64,000 bases of DNA from Heteronotia binoei. Lineage: Eukaryota. Below, piece after piece: positions 46,621-59,761 of the stretch. The notes beneath the pieces were generated by a model. It made no database searches. It was not told the DNA's origin and saw only the letters and a program-made list of their open reading frames with translations. The position numbers and the translations under genes were made by a program. Position 1 is the stretch's first letter. The number at the start of each line of letters is the position of its first letter. The stretch covers positions 39,370,001-39,434,000 of the forward strand of contig NC_083239.1 in NCBI RefSeq assembly GCF_032191835.1. Direction: 5' to 3'.

Positions 46621-47048
46621 CTTTAAGCTGAGTTCAAGCGAGCTAGCTCAGTTTTTTAGCCTCTTGCTCACACATTTTTGTCTTAGCTCAGCGTGCTCAG
46701 GAAAGATGGCCCCTGAGCACACTAATGGATGCAGCAGCTCACAACTTTAATGCCAGTAGCTCACAAAGTACAATTTTTGCTCACAAGACTCCACAGCTTA
46801 GAGGGAACATATATTGTGAAGTGATTAAGAAAAAACAATGGTGCTGGCATGGGGAAGAAATTCTTTATTCCAGACATCAATACTGCTGCATGTTTTGCGC
46901 CTAGCTTCTTTGGTGGGGGGAGGGGGTTTTCTACACATATTTTACAAAATGAAAGAGAAAAGACAAAGGTCAACAAGCATCTTATTGCTGTTTCTCTTTC
47001 TTATTTGTTAAGAACACATCAAACCAATGATAAAATCATGTTTTAAAA

Positions 47049-47666
47049 CACGGGTGTCAAACATGCCGTTCAGAGGCTGAATCAGGCCCCCAGAGGGCTC
47101 CTATCAGGTTCCCTGAGCAACTGGCTGTCATCTGCTTGGTTCCCCTTCTCTCTTGCTTCCTTCTGCATCATAGCTTGCTTTGCAAGGCTTGCTCAATCAC
47201 ACGGGAGCTACAGAGCAAAACCTCTATTTTCTCCTTTGGCTGAGGCTCCTCTCTTGGAGAGGAAGGGGGGGGAGGAACAGCTTGCTTTGCCAGGCTCTCT
47301 CAATTGCACAGCAAAGCTACTGAGCCAAGCCTCTCTTCCTCCTATTGGCTGAGGCTCCGCCACTCCTGTCCCCCGGGGAAGGAAAGAAACAGCCGCAGCT
47401 TCCTTTGCTCAGTTCCCTGGATCCTATGGGAGAAATACAAAGAAAGCATATTTAAGACCAATGAGTGCTAACGCCTTAAGCACATTTTAAGTTGTTCTTT
47501 TTGTTTTTAAATGTATTTGTGTTTGTCTGTGTTCTTTATAAAATTTATATCTCTGCTACCTAATCTTAAATAGGTACACGCATGGCCCAACCTGACATGG
47601 CCTAGCCCAACAAGGTTTCATTTATGTCTAATCTGGTCCTCATAATAAATGAGTTCGACACCCGCA
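47049..47666. mobile_element. hAT MITE, inverted copy of the 45541-46620 family
   Basis: Degenerate GGGTGTC/GACACCC ends; 8-bp TSD TTTTAAAA. Confidence 0.8.
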
Positions 47667-48019
47667 TTTTAAAAGATAGTAAAAGGAGTGTACAAAAAGA
47701 GCCAGCAGAAACAGTACTAGCAACCAGAGCTTTTTCTTTTTTTCTTTTTAGCAGGAACACACAGGAACACAGTTCCTGCTGGCTTAGCATCAGGGGGTGT
47801 GGCTTAATATGCAAATGAGTTCCTGCTGGGCTTTTTCTACAAAAAAGCCCTGCTAGCAGCTTAGAATGATGTCTCAATTATCGTATGTACAGACACAAGA
47901 GCTCCCAAGCTATTAATTTTTTTTTTAAAAAAAATCTCATACTAAAAGCTTTTTTAAAAAATCAAAACTCTATACTAACCCCTAGAATATAAATGTTGCA
48001 CAAATCTCCTGAAAAGCCG

Positions 48020-48460
48020 AACAGCATCTGATGACCCTGCTATGTGGAACGCCCTCCCCGCAAACATCAGGGCCCTGCGGGACTTGCCACAATTCCACAG
48101 GGCCTGCAAGACAGAATTGTTTAAACTAGCGTTTAATAAATAATGGGGAGGCGACTACTATTCCACCATTCCACAGCACTGACACCTGAACCATCCCAGT
48201 ACAAATCCAGAGTGCCAAATAACATCTTATAATATCATTACATGCAATGCTCAATAAGAATTAAAACCCACCATCTGGATCCTGGAGAGTGAACCTGGAA
48301 CCGTACGACATATTTTAAATTGTATGAACTGCTGAAATGTTTTAATGATTTTATTGTACTTTGATTTTAACACTCTGTTATTTTAACTGTTGTTAGCTAC
48401 CCTGAGCCCATTAGGGGAGGGTGGGATATAAATGCAATAAAATATAAATAAATAAATAAA
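48020..48460 (+). mobile_element. L2-like LINE 3' fragment
   Basis: MWNALP..IRAL..FHRACKTELFKLAF translation; (AAAT)n tail. Confidence 0.65.
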
Positions 48461-49924
48461 TGACTTGTATTAAACCAGCACTACACTGAAGGTTATCTTT
48501 TTGAAAGCTGAAGTCATGATCCAACCTCAAAGTTCAACTTCTTTATTTTATTTTTTTTGTCTTGCACATCTAGTTTCGATCTTACTCTTTATGATTTGTT
48601 GTATAATTTTGGATAATTCTGTATATTTTGGTCTCTCCAATACAAGTATATGTGCCAGAGAAGGACAGGTCAAACGGAGCTGAGGGTACGGGACTTCAGT
48701 TGGGAGCAATAAGATGGAAAAGCTTGAGCTTCTAAACTCATTTGCATATTAGGCCACATCCTCTGACATCACCATTGATTCACATAGGGCTTTTTTGTGG
48801 GAAAAGCCCAGCAGGAACTCATTTGCATATCAGGCCACACACCCGGACACCAAGCCAGCCGGAACTGCATCCCTGTGCTTTCCTGCTCAAAAAAAGCCCT
48901 GCTACTAATACTCAGGGCTTTTTTGTAGCAGGAACTCCTTTGCATATTAGGCCACACACCCCTGGGGTAGCCAGTCCTCCTGGAGCTTACAGTAGGCCCT
49001 GTACTAAGAGCCCTGTAAGCTCTTGGAGGATTTGCTACATCAAGGGGGCGTGGCCTTATATGCAAAGGAATTCCTGGACAGAGGGGCATGAAATAACAGA
49101 CATTACAGATATTTGGTGGGATGGTTCCTATGACTGGAATGCAGCAGTGGACGGCTAAGAGCTGTTTGAGAAAAAGGAAAGGGTCAAAGAGATGCCACTG
49201 TTTGCAGGCAGGCCCAGCGCGTGGGAGTAGGCCATGTAGGCAGCAGCCCTCAGTGCAAATGGGGAGCCCTCAATGCAGACAGGGCAATCTGGCCCCACTC
49301 AGCCTGTGGGAAGGTTGAGGGGGGGGTTGCAAATGGGGCTTCCAGACTTTGCCGGGGTCTCCCGAGGCTCAGGAAGCCTCAGCAAAGGGGGGAGGGTGAC
49401 AGTGACATCACTGTGATGTCATGGGCGTGCCCGCAAAGCACTCACGAAATTCACAATGGGGGGGAGGCGGAAGATCATGGCCCAGCCTAGGGGTGCAGGC
49501 ACCCCTAGCGCCAAGCCTGTGCGCAGGGCTTTTTTTCTGCCAGAACTCTCAAGAAGGAAATGAAAGTGAAATACCCTGGTGTCCCTCATGAACTTTTAAA
49601 CTTTTTTTGAGAAGTTTGTTTCCACAAAGAGGTCCTGGAACTCTGTTCCACTGCATTGCCCCAGAAAAAAAGCCCTGGCTGTGTGTAAGCAGAGGGTTTG
49701 CTTGTCAGGAAACTTTGGAGGAGGTGAGTCCCTCTGTATGTTGCATTAGTCAGACTCAGGGCTTTGTTTGTAGAAAAAGCCCAGCAGGAACTCATTTACA
49801 TGTTAGGCCACACCTCCTGACATCCCATTGTTTCACATAGGGCTTTTTTTGTAGAAAAAAAGCAGCAGCAGCTCACCCCCTGATGCCAAACCAGCCGGAA
49901 CTGCTTTAAATAAACCCCTGGTCA

Positions 49925-50525
49925 GACTGCACCTGGAGTACTGTGTGCAGTTCTGGAGGCCTCACTACAAAATGATGTGGACAAAATGGAGCCTATACAG
50001 AAGAGAACAACAAGGATGATTGGGGCCTGGAGACCAAGCCCTATGAGGAAAGGCTGAGGGATTTGGGAATGCTTAGAGAAGAGGAGGTTGAGGGGGGGAC
50101 TAGGGTTGCCAGGTCTGGGTTTGAAAATACATTGAGGCTTTGGGGGTGGATCCAGGGGAGGGCGGGGTTTGGGGAGGGGAGGGGCCTCAGCAGGGAAGAA
50201 TGCCATAGAGTTCAACCTTGAGAGCAGCCATTTTCTGGAGGGGAGCTGATCTCTGCCAGCTGGAGATCAGTTGTAAAAGTGGGAGATCTCCAGACCCCAC
50301 CTGGAGACTGTCAATCCTAGAGGGGACATGATGCTGCCCTAATTATTTGAAAGGCTGTCAGTCGCAATAATGGGTTTACGGTAAATTATGAGCAGAAAAA
50401 TACCAGCTGGATATTAGGACAAACGTTTGTCAGGGATGCCTTAGGCTGATCCTGCACTGAGCAGGGGATTGAACTAGATGGCCTGTGTGACTCCTTCCAA
50501 CTCTATGATCTTATGATTCTATTCT
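49925..50525 (+). mobile_element. CR1 3' fragment interrupted by a MITE (50100-50322)
   Basis: CACCTGGAGTACTGTGTGCAGTTCTGG; ends CCAACTCTATGATCTTATGATTCT. Confidence 0.85.
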
Positions 50526-51143
50526 ATGGTCCTGCTTTTTGTCTTGCTTATTTTTATGGTCTTCTCTGTCCTTTCCCCCCATTGTTTTGTTTTTGAGCTT
50601 CTTTCCTCCTCCTCCATTCCTTCACGCACCTTGAGTTCTAAACTAAATAATTTAGCATTCGAGGCTCAGGATAAAATAAGCTGTGAACGTCCTGCACATT
50701 TTCAGCTGGTAGTGATCTGCAAAATGCATTTTAACACTGTGTTTAAAAGGTCTCAGCTCACTCATAATTGAAACACAAATGCAATTAGCCTTTCCAGTTG
50801 TTGGGAAAGGGTCCGTGACTCAGTGGTAGAGCACCTGCTTGGCATGCAGAAGGTCCCAGGTTCAATCCTCAGCATCTCCAGTTAAAAGATCTGGCAGCAG
50901 GTGATGTAAAAGACTTCTGCCCAAGACCCTGGACTGCTGCTGCCAGTCTGAATAGACAATATAGACCTTGATGGACCAAGGGTTATTCGGTACAAGGCAG
51001 CTTCATGCGTCATGTTTCATGTGATTCCAAGAATCAGGTCATCAGAAATGCACTGCTTCTGGTCATGGAAGTTTAATTTCTCATGCATTCATAGGCCTGA
51101 CTTCCATAAATGTTTCTAATCATTTTAACCTGCTTGAACCAGG

Positions 51144-51320
51144 TTAGCCCAGTCTCCTGACAGCCCAGGAGCTAAACAAAGTTGACCCTGGTAAGTATTT
51201 GGATGGGAGACCACCAAGGAGGTTCAGAGTCACTATACAGAGGCAGGCAACGGCAAACCACCTTTGTTCATCTCTCGCCTTGAAAACTCTAATCAGCCGT
51301 GACTCGACAGCACTTTCCAC
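51144..51320 (+). mobile_element. 5S rRNA-derived SINE
   Basis: Degenerate 5S head (GAGCTAA..CCCTGGTAAGTATTTGGATGGGAGACC) fused to a Sauria/BovB-like tail; related copies at ~41200-41305 (-), 42530-42585, 58768-58955 and 59444-59630. Confidence 0.7.
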
Positions 51321-53989
51321 TGGGGATGGGCATGAACTGAACAACAAAGCAAAATTCATGGTGAATTCTGCCCTGTTCGTGGTTCGTGAACCGAAGTTTG
51401 TGACGAGTCTACCATCACGAACTTCCATGAATTTTTTAAAGCCATTTCTAGCAGTTCGTGGTGGTTCATGGATAGAGCTTTTTTTGGGCTAAAGGGGCTG
51501 CACGAGAAAGCTTGGAACAGCTGAGCATCAAAATACAACACGCTCCACCACGTTACAATGAATTATGGACTAGTGCAATAATATAGGTTTACTTATAAAT
51601 TGTAACAATTACAATATCAATTACTTATAAATTGTAACAATTATAACATCAGTTCAGCTGTTCTTAATATATATCCATGTTTTCAATATCTTATGTAAAT
51701 ATGTATATACAGGACTTTTTTTGTAGCAGTAACTCTTTTGCATACTAGGCCACTCCCCCCTGATGTAGCCAATCCTCCAAGAGCTTACAGGGCTCTTATT
51801 CCAGGGCCTACCGTAAGCTCTTGGAGGACTGGCTACATCAGGGGGAAGTGGCCTAATATGCAAAGGAGTTCCTGCTACAAAAAAAAGCCCTGTATGAGAT
51901 AGAACATAACAAAACTTGTGAGGATGCTCCAGTGCACTAAACAAAATTTACTGGCAAAAGTCCATTCTTCCGTCCTCTATGAGAGTCAGCAGAAAAACTG
52001 TTACCTCCCTCCCCGCCCCCTCAAAAAAAAAGCCCCAGTGACAATGCACTCTCCAGATCTAAATACATTTTTGTAATCTTCTTCAAGGTCACAGTCTCAG
52101 CAAAAACCTGAATTTATTCTGCTTTATTTCCTTTTTACACAGCATACAATCATTCCATTTGTTCTTGAACTTAATAACTCTCTTGCCATGAGCCTACCAG
52201 TTTGCTTTGGTTCGTGGTTCGACCATGAACCGAACTGCATTTTTGCTGCTCATGTCCATCCCTACTTCCCACCAGGGCTTTTTTTGTAGCAGGAACTCCT
52301 TTGCATATTAGGCCACACGCTCCTGATGTAGCCACTCCTCCTGGAGCTTCCCTGTACTAAGAGCCCTGTGAGCTCTTGGAGGATTGGCTACATCAGGGGG
52401 GTGTAGCCTAATATGCAAAGGAGCTCCTGCTACAAAAAAAGCCCTGCTTTCCACCACCAAACTAGCAGGGTCTGTTTCAGCCTCTTCCCTCTCCTTCCCA
52501 AGGGAAGGTGGGATCTAAATTTGATAAAATAAAATGAAATGCAAATTTCATTTTTCTTGTTTTCCCTGCCTCCTTTTCTAGTCACAAAGCACAGAATAAA
52601 TCGCACAGTGACTGGCATTTGCTTGCCACAATACAGCTGGGGATCCAGACATTTACGATCTGACTTTAACTTCTTCATTCTAACCAGGAAAGCCCCTTTG
52701 GGAAATGAACTCCGAGACAGCTGTGCATCTGCCCATTCAAAACTCTTGCCAGTAGGCTTCACATAGCCAAGAACTTTCAGGTCCCAACACCCATCCTTCT
52801 CTGTCTCACCTTTCAAAGCCATGAACAGCATCTGGGTCAGTCGAGTCCCAAGTACTCCTTCTCTCCTCCAGTCTTTCAGAGTATGCCCCACTCAACTGGT
52901 GGAGTCAAATTTCTTGCTTAGAAATGGTTCCCCTCTCGATGTTCACACGTCTGAATCAAAGGTAACAAAAGGGGGAAGACTACACCAGCCACACCAGCTC
53001 TTCCTAAAAATCAATCATTTGCAAATACCACACCGGTTCCTTTTTTCCACTCTCAATTCCTCAGATGTTGTTTGTTTCCATTAACCTCTCCACTTTCACT
53101 CAGGATCACAATTTTACTTTTGATTTCCTTTGGTTATCACTTTCTCTTTCCTCTGCATGGGAGAGAGCAGGTGACTTAATGGTGTCTTTGATTTATTTCC
53201 AAATATGCAGGCAGAGCATAGAGGTAAACGAGAGCTGCCAACTCTAGCTTGGGGAAATCCCTGCAGATTTGGAAGCAGCACAGGTGGATGCTGAAGTCCA
53301 CGGCTGGAATTCTAGCAGGAGCTCCTTTGCATATTAGGCCACACACCCCGGATGTAGCTAATCCTCAAAGAGCTTACAAAAAAGAGCCTTGTAAGCTCTT
53401 GAAGGATTGGCTACATTAGGGGTGGGTGGCCTAATATGCAAAGGAGCTCCTGCTAGAATTCCACCCCTGCTGAAGTCTAAGGGGTGTAGAGAGCACAGTG
53501 GGGGGGTGCAATTCCTTAGAATCCACCAGGGCTTTTTTGCAGCAGGAACTCTTTTGCATATTAGGCCCCATCCCCGGATGTAGCCAATCCTCCAGGAGCT
53601 TTCAGGGCAGAGGTGCTGCTTCCCAGTCCAGGTGAGCCCTGGAAGACTTGATGGGTTGGAGAGGGAGTCAGGAAAGAGGGTCCCAGGGCTGCAAGGTCTC
53701 TTAAGGACCCACCTGGCTCTTTCCCTTTCCAGCCACCCAGGAGGAGGGTGAGAGGGAGCCCTGCCTTCAGTCCCTGAGCATCCTGGGTGGCTGCCTGCTG
53801 CTGAGGGGCTGTGCTGCGGCAGCCAGGTGGCACGAAGCCCAGTAGAAAGGTGGTGCTGCTGGGGAACATGAACATAGGCAAAATGTTGCTGCTGAATCAC
53901 CACTGCCGGCTGTGCTGAGTCACATGGGGGGGGTGCCCAGTTAAGCACCCCCAGAGGTCCAGTGCACCCTAGGCCAGGTGAGAAAAAGA

Positions 53990-54260
53990 AAATTGTTTCT
54001 TTCTGTACCTTCCCTGCCTCGTACATAATTTTGTAAACCTCTGTGATGTCACCCTTCAATCTTCATTTCTCTGAGCGAAAGAGTCCTAATCTCATTAACC
54101 TTTCTTCATAGGGAAGATGTTCCAGGTGCCTCTTTCTGCACTTTTCCAATGCTATAATGTCTTTTTTGAGGTGCGGTGACCCGAACTGTACACATTATTT
54201 CAAATGAGACCTCAACATAGATTTATACAGAGGCATTATGATGCTGGCTGATTTGTTTTC
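53990..54260 (-). mobile_element. CR1 fragment
   Basis: L.GD.TEVYKIM...KV translation. Confidence 0.7.
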
Positions 54261-54699
54261 ACCCTCCATCTGTCAGATCCTGACACTTCCCTCAGAATAT
54301 AGTTCAGAGTGCAGAATCTCTGCATCGTTTTGTATCAGACTGTAATGGAACCTTTCCATTACTTGAAAGTTAGTGCTGCAACTTGAAAGTTAGGGCCTGG
54401 CATGACTTCATCCATGGGGTCGCAAAGAGTCGGACTCGACTGTGCGACTGAACAACAACAAAGTGCTGCATAACGGTTTGTGCTCTGATCAGGGCTTTTT
54501 AGCAGGAGCTCCTTTGCATATTAGACCACACACCCCTGATGTAGCTGATCCTCCAAGAGCTTACAGTAGGCCCTGTATGAAGAGTCCTGTAAGTTCTTGG
54601 AGGATTGGCCGCATCAGGGAGTGTGGCTTAATATGCAAAGGAGTTCCTGCTACCAAAAAAAAAGCCCTGGATCCGACCACCGCACTGCTCTTTCAAGTC

Positions 54700-55130
54700 A
54701 AGTCAAGTTAGCCTTTATTGGCATAAAATATATAGATGTATATATCAGAGCAAGTTGGTTAAAAAAAAAAAGATAAAATGGAACGATTGCATACATAGAC
54801 ATCAGGAAAAGCATAAACATAAAATTATTTCTATGATATCCTCTGGCGTGCCTTTAAAATAGAATAAAGAAACTTAGCCACTTTCTCAATGACACTAAAT
54901 GAAGTATCATTCAAAAGACTATAGACCTTAAGTGCATCAGAACAATCAACCATGCTAACTAAAAGAGGATGTAAATACTTGTGACGAAGAGCTGTATATA
55001 AATTACAATCAAGAAGAATATGAGTTACTGACTCCGCACATTTTTGCTTACAGAGACAGTATCCGACTGAGTAGGCTGTCTTGTGACATCTGCCATGAAG
55101 AATGGCAGAGGGCATGGCGTTGCATCTTTC
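54700..55130 (-). mobile_element. Divergent RTE-X-like 3' fragment
   Basis: MPSAILHGRC..CLC..ESVTHILLDC.LY; (TTGAC)n tail. Confidence 0.75.
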
Positions 55131-58100
55131 ATACAGTAGTCTCCTGAGGGCGCTAATATTAGGATGTCACTTCTTGTCACTTCCTTGCATTGTTTGTTTC
55201 AGTACTGTGATTTGGCAACACGTGGGCGGAGCTGGGGAGATCTTTCATTCTTTGTTGCAATCTGTTTCCTGCACTGTTCTTGTACCCAATTTGCGGAATC
55301 TGCCGAAGAGCTGACTGTTCAAGATACTTGCTGTCAGATGCTATTGTTGTTTTGAACCTGTGCAAGGTAAGCAGAGTGTGTGCAAAGTGGACCACGGAGT
55401 CTCCAGAAGGGATTTCAGATTTTGCATCACAAAGAGAGACTTGCAGTTTTGACCATGTCCAGATGATAGGGTTTTAGAAGATCAAAATGCATTATCAGTT
55501 TCTGCATTGCTCTAGTGCCTAGGTCAACAGGTTTTTGCAGTACTTAAAAACTTTTGCAGTACTTAAAAACTGTTTGGCGAGAGTGCCCAGCAGAACAGGA
55601 CAAAATAAAGATGTGTCAGGGAGTCAAAACTAGCTCCGCTGCCAACTCCTGGAAACAACTGTCTGGTCGATGTCTTAGTTGTGAAAGGAGCCCCTCTGTA
55701 GAAGTTTCCTTCCAATTTTTCACAGATATGGAGTCTCCAGCAGAATTCTTTTCTCTTTCTGGAAAGGGATAGTCCCCTTCTGGCCATGAAGAACTGCAGG
55801 GGCTGGAAAGCATACAGTTGCATGCTGGTTCTGAGTATTTCTTTTTTTGACAAATGTGGTGATGATCAGGGGTGGAATTCTAGCAGGAGCTCCTTTGCAT
55901 ATTAGGCCATGCACCCCTGTGTAGCCAATCCTCCAAGGCTCTTTTTTGTAAGCTCTTGGAGGATTGGCTACATCAGAGTTGTGTGGCCTAATATACAAAT
56001 GAGCTCCTGCTAGAATTCCACCCCTGGTGATGATGATCCATTCAGAACCTGCCAGATGGCAGCAACTGGAAGAGTTGGGTAGGATTACTCTGTTTCGAAT
56101 CAGCCAAAGAGACCCTGTTGTTATGGCTACAGTGGGATGGGGGGGGGGAGGATTTTTATTTTGGGTAGTATTCCAGCCAGTCACCTGTGTGTCTCCATTA
56201 GCCAAAAATAAGGACAACTCATGGAGCCCAATGAATTCATGGTAGCATAAGTTCTCATGAGGCAGAGCTCTCTCAGCCATGATTTTGTTTCAGCAGGGGT
56301 CGTTTTGTAGAAAAATAGGTGGTGGAGCTCATCCAAGGGTTGTTATGCAGCTGCACCTACTATTCAATGGACAAGGAGGTGGAACTCTCAGAAAGGTTCA
56401 GGAGCTGTGCTTCTGTGAGCTCGCACTGAATCTGAGGCTTGTGTTTCACGCTGCTTTGTAGATTCTTTTACTAATGGCACATAGACTCTTGAGTAATTTA
56501 AAAATGCATGAAGAACCCTGATGGATCTGACAATTCCATGTCATCCAGCACCCAATTCCAACCATGTTCCTGTGGGCTCCATACAGGGCTGCCCTCCACC
56601 GGAGGAGGGGAGTCTGGTATTCAGAAGTATACTGCCTTCAGACATCAACCGTACAACTCCAAGCAGATCTGGACCTTTGTAAGGCCATCAAAGTCAATAG
56701 TCTTAACTCTATTCAGATTGCCAAATAAGATTAAGATTCTATTTAGTGGTCATCGGCAACAGCTGTTGATAGACCTCTTCTCCAGGATTTTTGTTTTTTA
56801 AAAAAACAACTAAGCTAGTGGCCATCTCCACATCTTGTGGCATCCAGTTCCATAAGAGTTTTGTGAAGAAGTATTTTCTTGTATCTGTGCATAAATGCCA
56901 ATGAGCTTCACTGTACATCCCTGAGTCTAGTAAGCCTTCCTTTAATTTGACCTTCATTTGAAGGAAGAAAGGTTGGTGGTTGGAAAAGAAGCAGGGTTGT
57001 CTCCAGATTTCAGAAGAGGTTGAAATCTACTAGGCCCTGAAGGGTTCTGTGGTCAACTGAAGAACATCTGCTGGTAGTCCCTGATCCAAAAGATGTCCAC
57101 TTAGTTCTCTGCCCTGGCCCTGATCTGATGGCACACATTCCCACTTGAGATTAGGCCCCTATCAGACTTGAGGCAATTCTAGGGTTGCCAGGTCTTACCT
57201 GGGTCCAGCAGGGGAAGATCCTAGCAATGACATCACCAGGAAGTGACATCATTGCACCAGGCATGTTGCGTGGGGGATGTTCTAGCATTCAGGTAAAAAA
57301 CTCCTATCGTACCAGAGCTCTTTGGAGCTTTTGGGGGGTGGGGATCCCCCCACTGGCCAGCTCTGTTGGGGGTCCCAAAACTGGAAGAACCCCACCCCCA
57401 GTGGAAGACTGGGAACCCTATGCAATTCTGCAGGGCCTGTAAAACAGCTGTTCTACCAGACCTTTAGTTGAGGCGACAGACCCCTGAAGATCTTGGGTTC
57501 TCCTCCCTCTACTCCCCAGGTGAACTGCACTCTCTAAAGAGTGTATCTCTGGCATCTGCTGAATGGGTCTCATAAGCATCAAATGCCCTAAGGCGCTTTT
57601 TTGAGCAGGAATGCACAGGAATGCAGTTCCAGCTGGCTTGGTGTCAGGGGTGTGTGGTCTAATATGCAAATGAGTCCCTGCTGGGCCTTTTCTACAAAAA
57701 AACTTTTATGAAACAGTGGTGACATCAAGGGGTGTGGCCTAATATACAAATGAGTTCCTGCTGGGCTTTTTCTGCAAAGCTCTGTGCCCTGCTATTGTGA
57801 GAGGTGTTTGTGGCATTTTTCTGATGTTCTGAAGTTGTTATGTCTTAATTTATATGTTATATTTCAGTTGTTGTTACCTGTCCTGAGCTCTCTTGTGGGG
57901 AGGGTGGGAAATAATAATAATAATTGGAATCTCATTGGTTTCAGCTCTGTTTGCACTCTGGCCTGTTTAGTCATCTTCCACCTGAAATGGAGTAATTCTA
58001 TTGTTTTAATTGTTTATTTACTTCTAATTGTATTGCCTATTGTTATTATTTAACCCTGTCATGATCCGCCCTGAGCCCGCTAGTGGGGTAGAGTGGACTA

Positions 58101-59055
58101 GAAAATAATAATAATAATAATAATAATTATTATTATTATTATTATTATTAGTGTTAATTTCTAGTCCTCCCTATAATAAAGCAGATGGCGTTCTAATCAA
58201 TCTGGGAATGTAAATGGAATAGCTTATCTTCAGAAAGAACAAGGAGAGTTGTGAAAGGAAGTTGCATAAATCCTACCCAAGATTTGCACTCCAGAGAACA
58301 TAATGGAGTCTGGGCCCCTCAAACCATTTCTGGTTCCCCAAGCTGTCCTCTGTCAATAAGCACAGCCTGCTCTTACTCAAGGGCCTGTTGTTACAGCGGG
58401 TCTCCTGTCCTTGACAAAGAGAGGGAAGCGGGCTCGCTGGTCCAAAATAAGGAAGTTGTGGTCTCTTCTGAGCTCGCGTTGCTGGGTGGTTTCTCAACTG
58501 CTTTTTCAGGATGTAAGAAATCTTTATGCACAGAGTAAGATCTGAATCTGGGTAGCCCACTCCAATCTGAAGTTTCTGCTTTGAGGAGGAATCTAGGAGA
58601 ATTAAAGGTCTGAAACAAGCCTTTCTGGAGGTATGAGCAAGTGCGGTTGGAGGGATATGAATATTTCTGGTAATGCCATGGCCACGTCTCACCAGTGGCA
58701 AATGTGCTACAAGTTCTTCAGCCAAGAGATTCCTAGCCAGGGAATTACTATGAACCTCGGCCTTGGTAGCCCAGGCTACCCCGATCGCATCTGATCTCAG
58801 AAGCTAAGCATGACTGGCCCTGGTTAGTATGGGAGATCGGCAAAGAAAAGTCTAGGATTGCTATGCAGAGGGAGGCAATGGCTGTCCACCTCTGAACAAC
58901 TCTTGCCCTGAAACCCTTACGTTGCCTATGACTTGATGGCGCTTTCTGCCACTACATTATTACGCTCTCCAAAACTATTTTTCATACTCAGATTTACTGC
59001 CTTCTTACAGGCTTCGTATACCGTGTAAGAGCTGGGATTTAAAGTTGGTCTAAAG

Positions 59056-59363
59056 CAGGGGTGGCCGCACTTGCTTAATATAAGTGCCACATAGAATAAA
59101 TGTCAGAGGCTTGAGAGCCGCAAGACGTGAACGTCAGATGCTTGAGAGCCATAAAGGAAGGCAAATAGATAGGGGGAGGGAAGGAGAGGTGGAAAGAAAG
59201 CAACTTTAAATGCACTGTCCAAGCTTGCTTGGCTTGGAGAAGTGATTTAAACAGACCAATGCCTTCTCCAAGCCAGCCAATGGGGTGGTGGGAGCTTTGC
59301 AAGCCACATAACATGTGTGAAAGAGCCACATGCGTCTCCCAAGCCACAGTTTGGCCACCCCTG
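59056..59363. mobile_element. hAT MITE (CAGGGGTGGCC TIR)
   Basis: TSD GTCTAAAG/GTCTAAAA; family copy at 62760-63050. Confidence 0.85.
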
Positions 59364-59761
59364 GTCTAAAATGCTTGAGCAAATTCTCTTGATTCAGATT
59401 TCATTGCAAAGATTTCAAGCGGGTAATCATTCAAAGGGAGGGAAGGTGGCATGGTATAGCCCAGTCTCGTCAGATCTCCGAAGCTAAGCAGGGTTGGTAC
59501 TTGGAAAAGGAGACCACTAAGGAAGGCTTTGCAAAGGAAGGCAGCGGCAAACCATTTCTGCTTCTCACTTGCCTTGAAAGTTCCTTGCTGAATCACCATA
59601 AGTCAGCTGTGACCACACTGTACACAGAGTGGGGAGAGAGAAAGAGAATCATTCAATGCATTTGTTTCTTTGTTTACAGTATTGTCTATCACAGTTTGGG
59701 GTTTGGAAAAACAGGGTTTAGGTATTAAAATCTGGTTGCTTTCTTGCTTCTTACAGGCATC

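Noticed and set aside
52430-52960. 153-aa minus-strand ORF with nearby acceptor-like site
   Set aside because: All three frames after the acceptor hit stops, the ORF ends in a MITE, and I recognise no family. A tBLASTn would be needed to revive it.
55532-55570. 19-bp perfect tandem duplication
   Set aside because: Isolated slippage event with no supporting context.
58768-59630. 5S rRNA genes
   Set aside because: Heavily diverged partial 5S heads fused to retroelement tails; SINEs, not genes.
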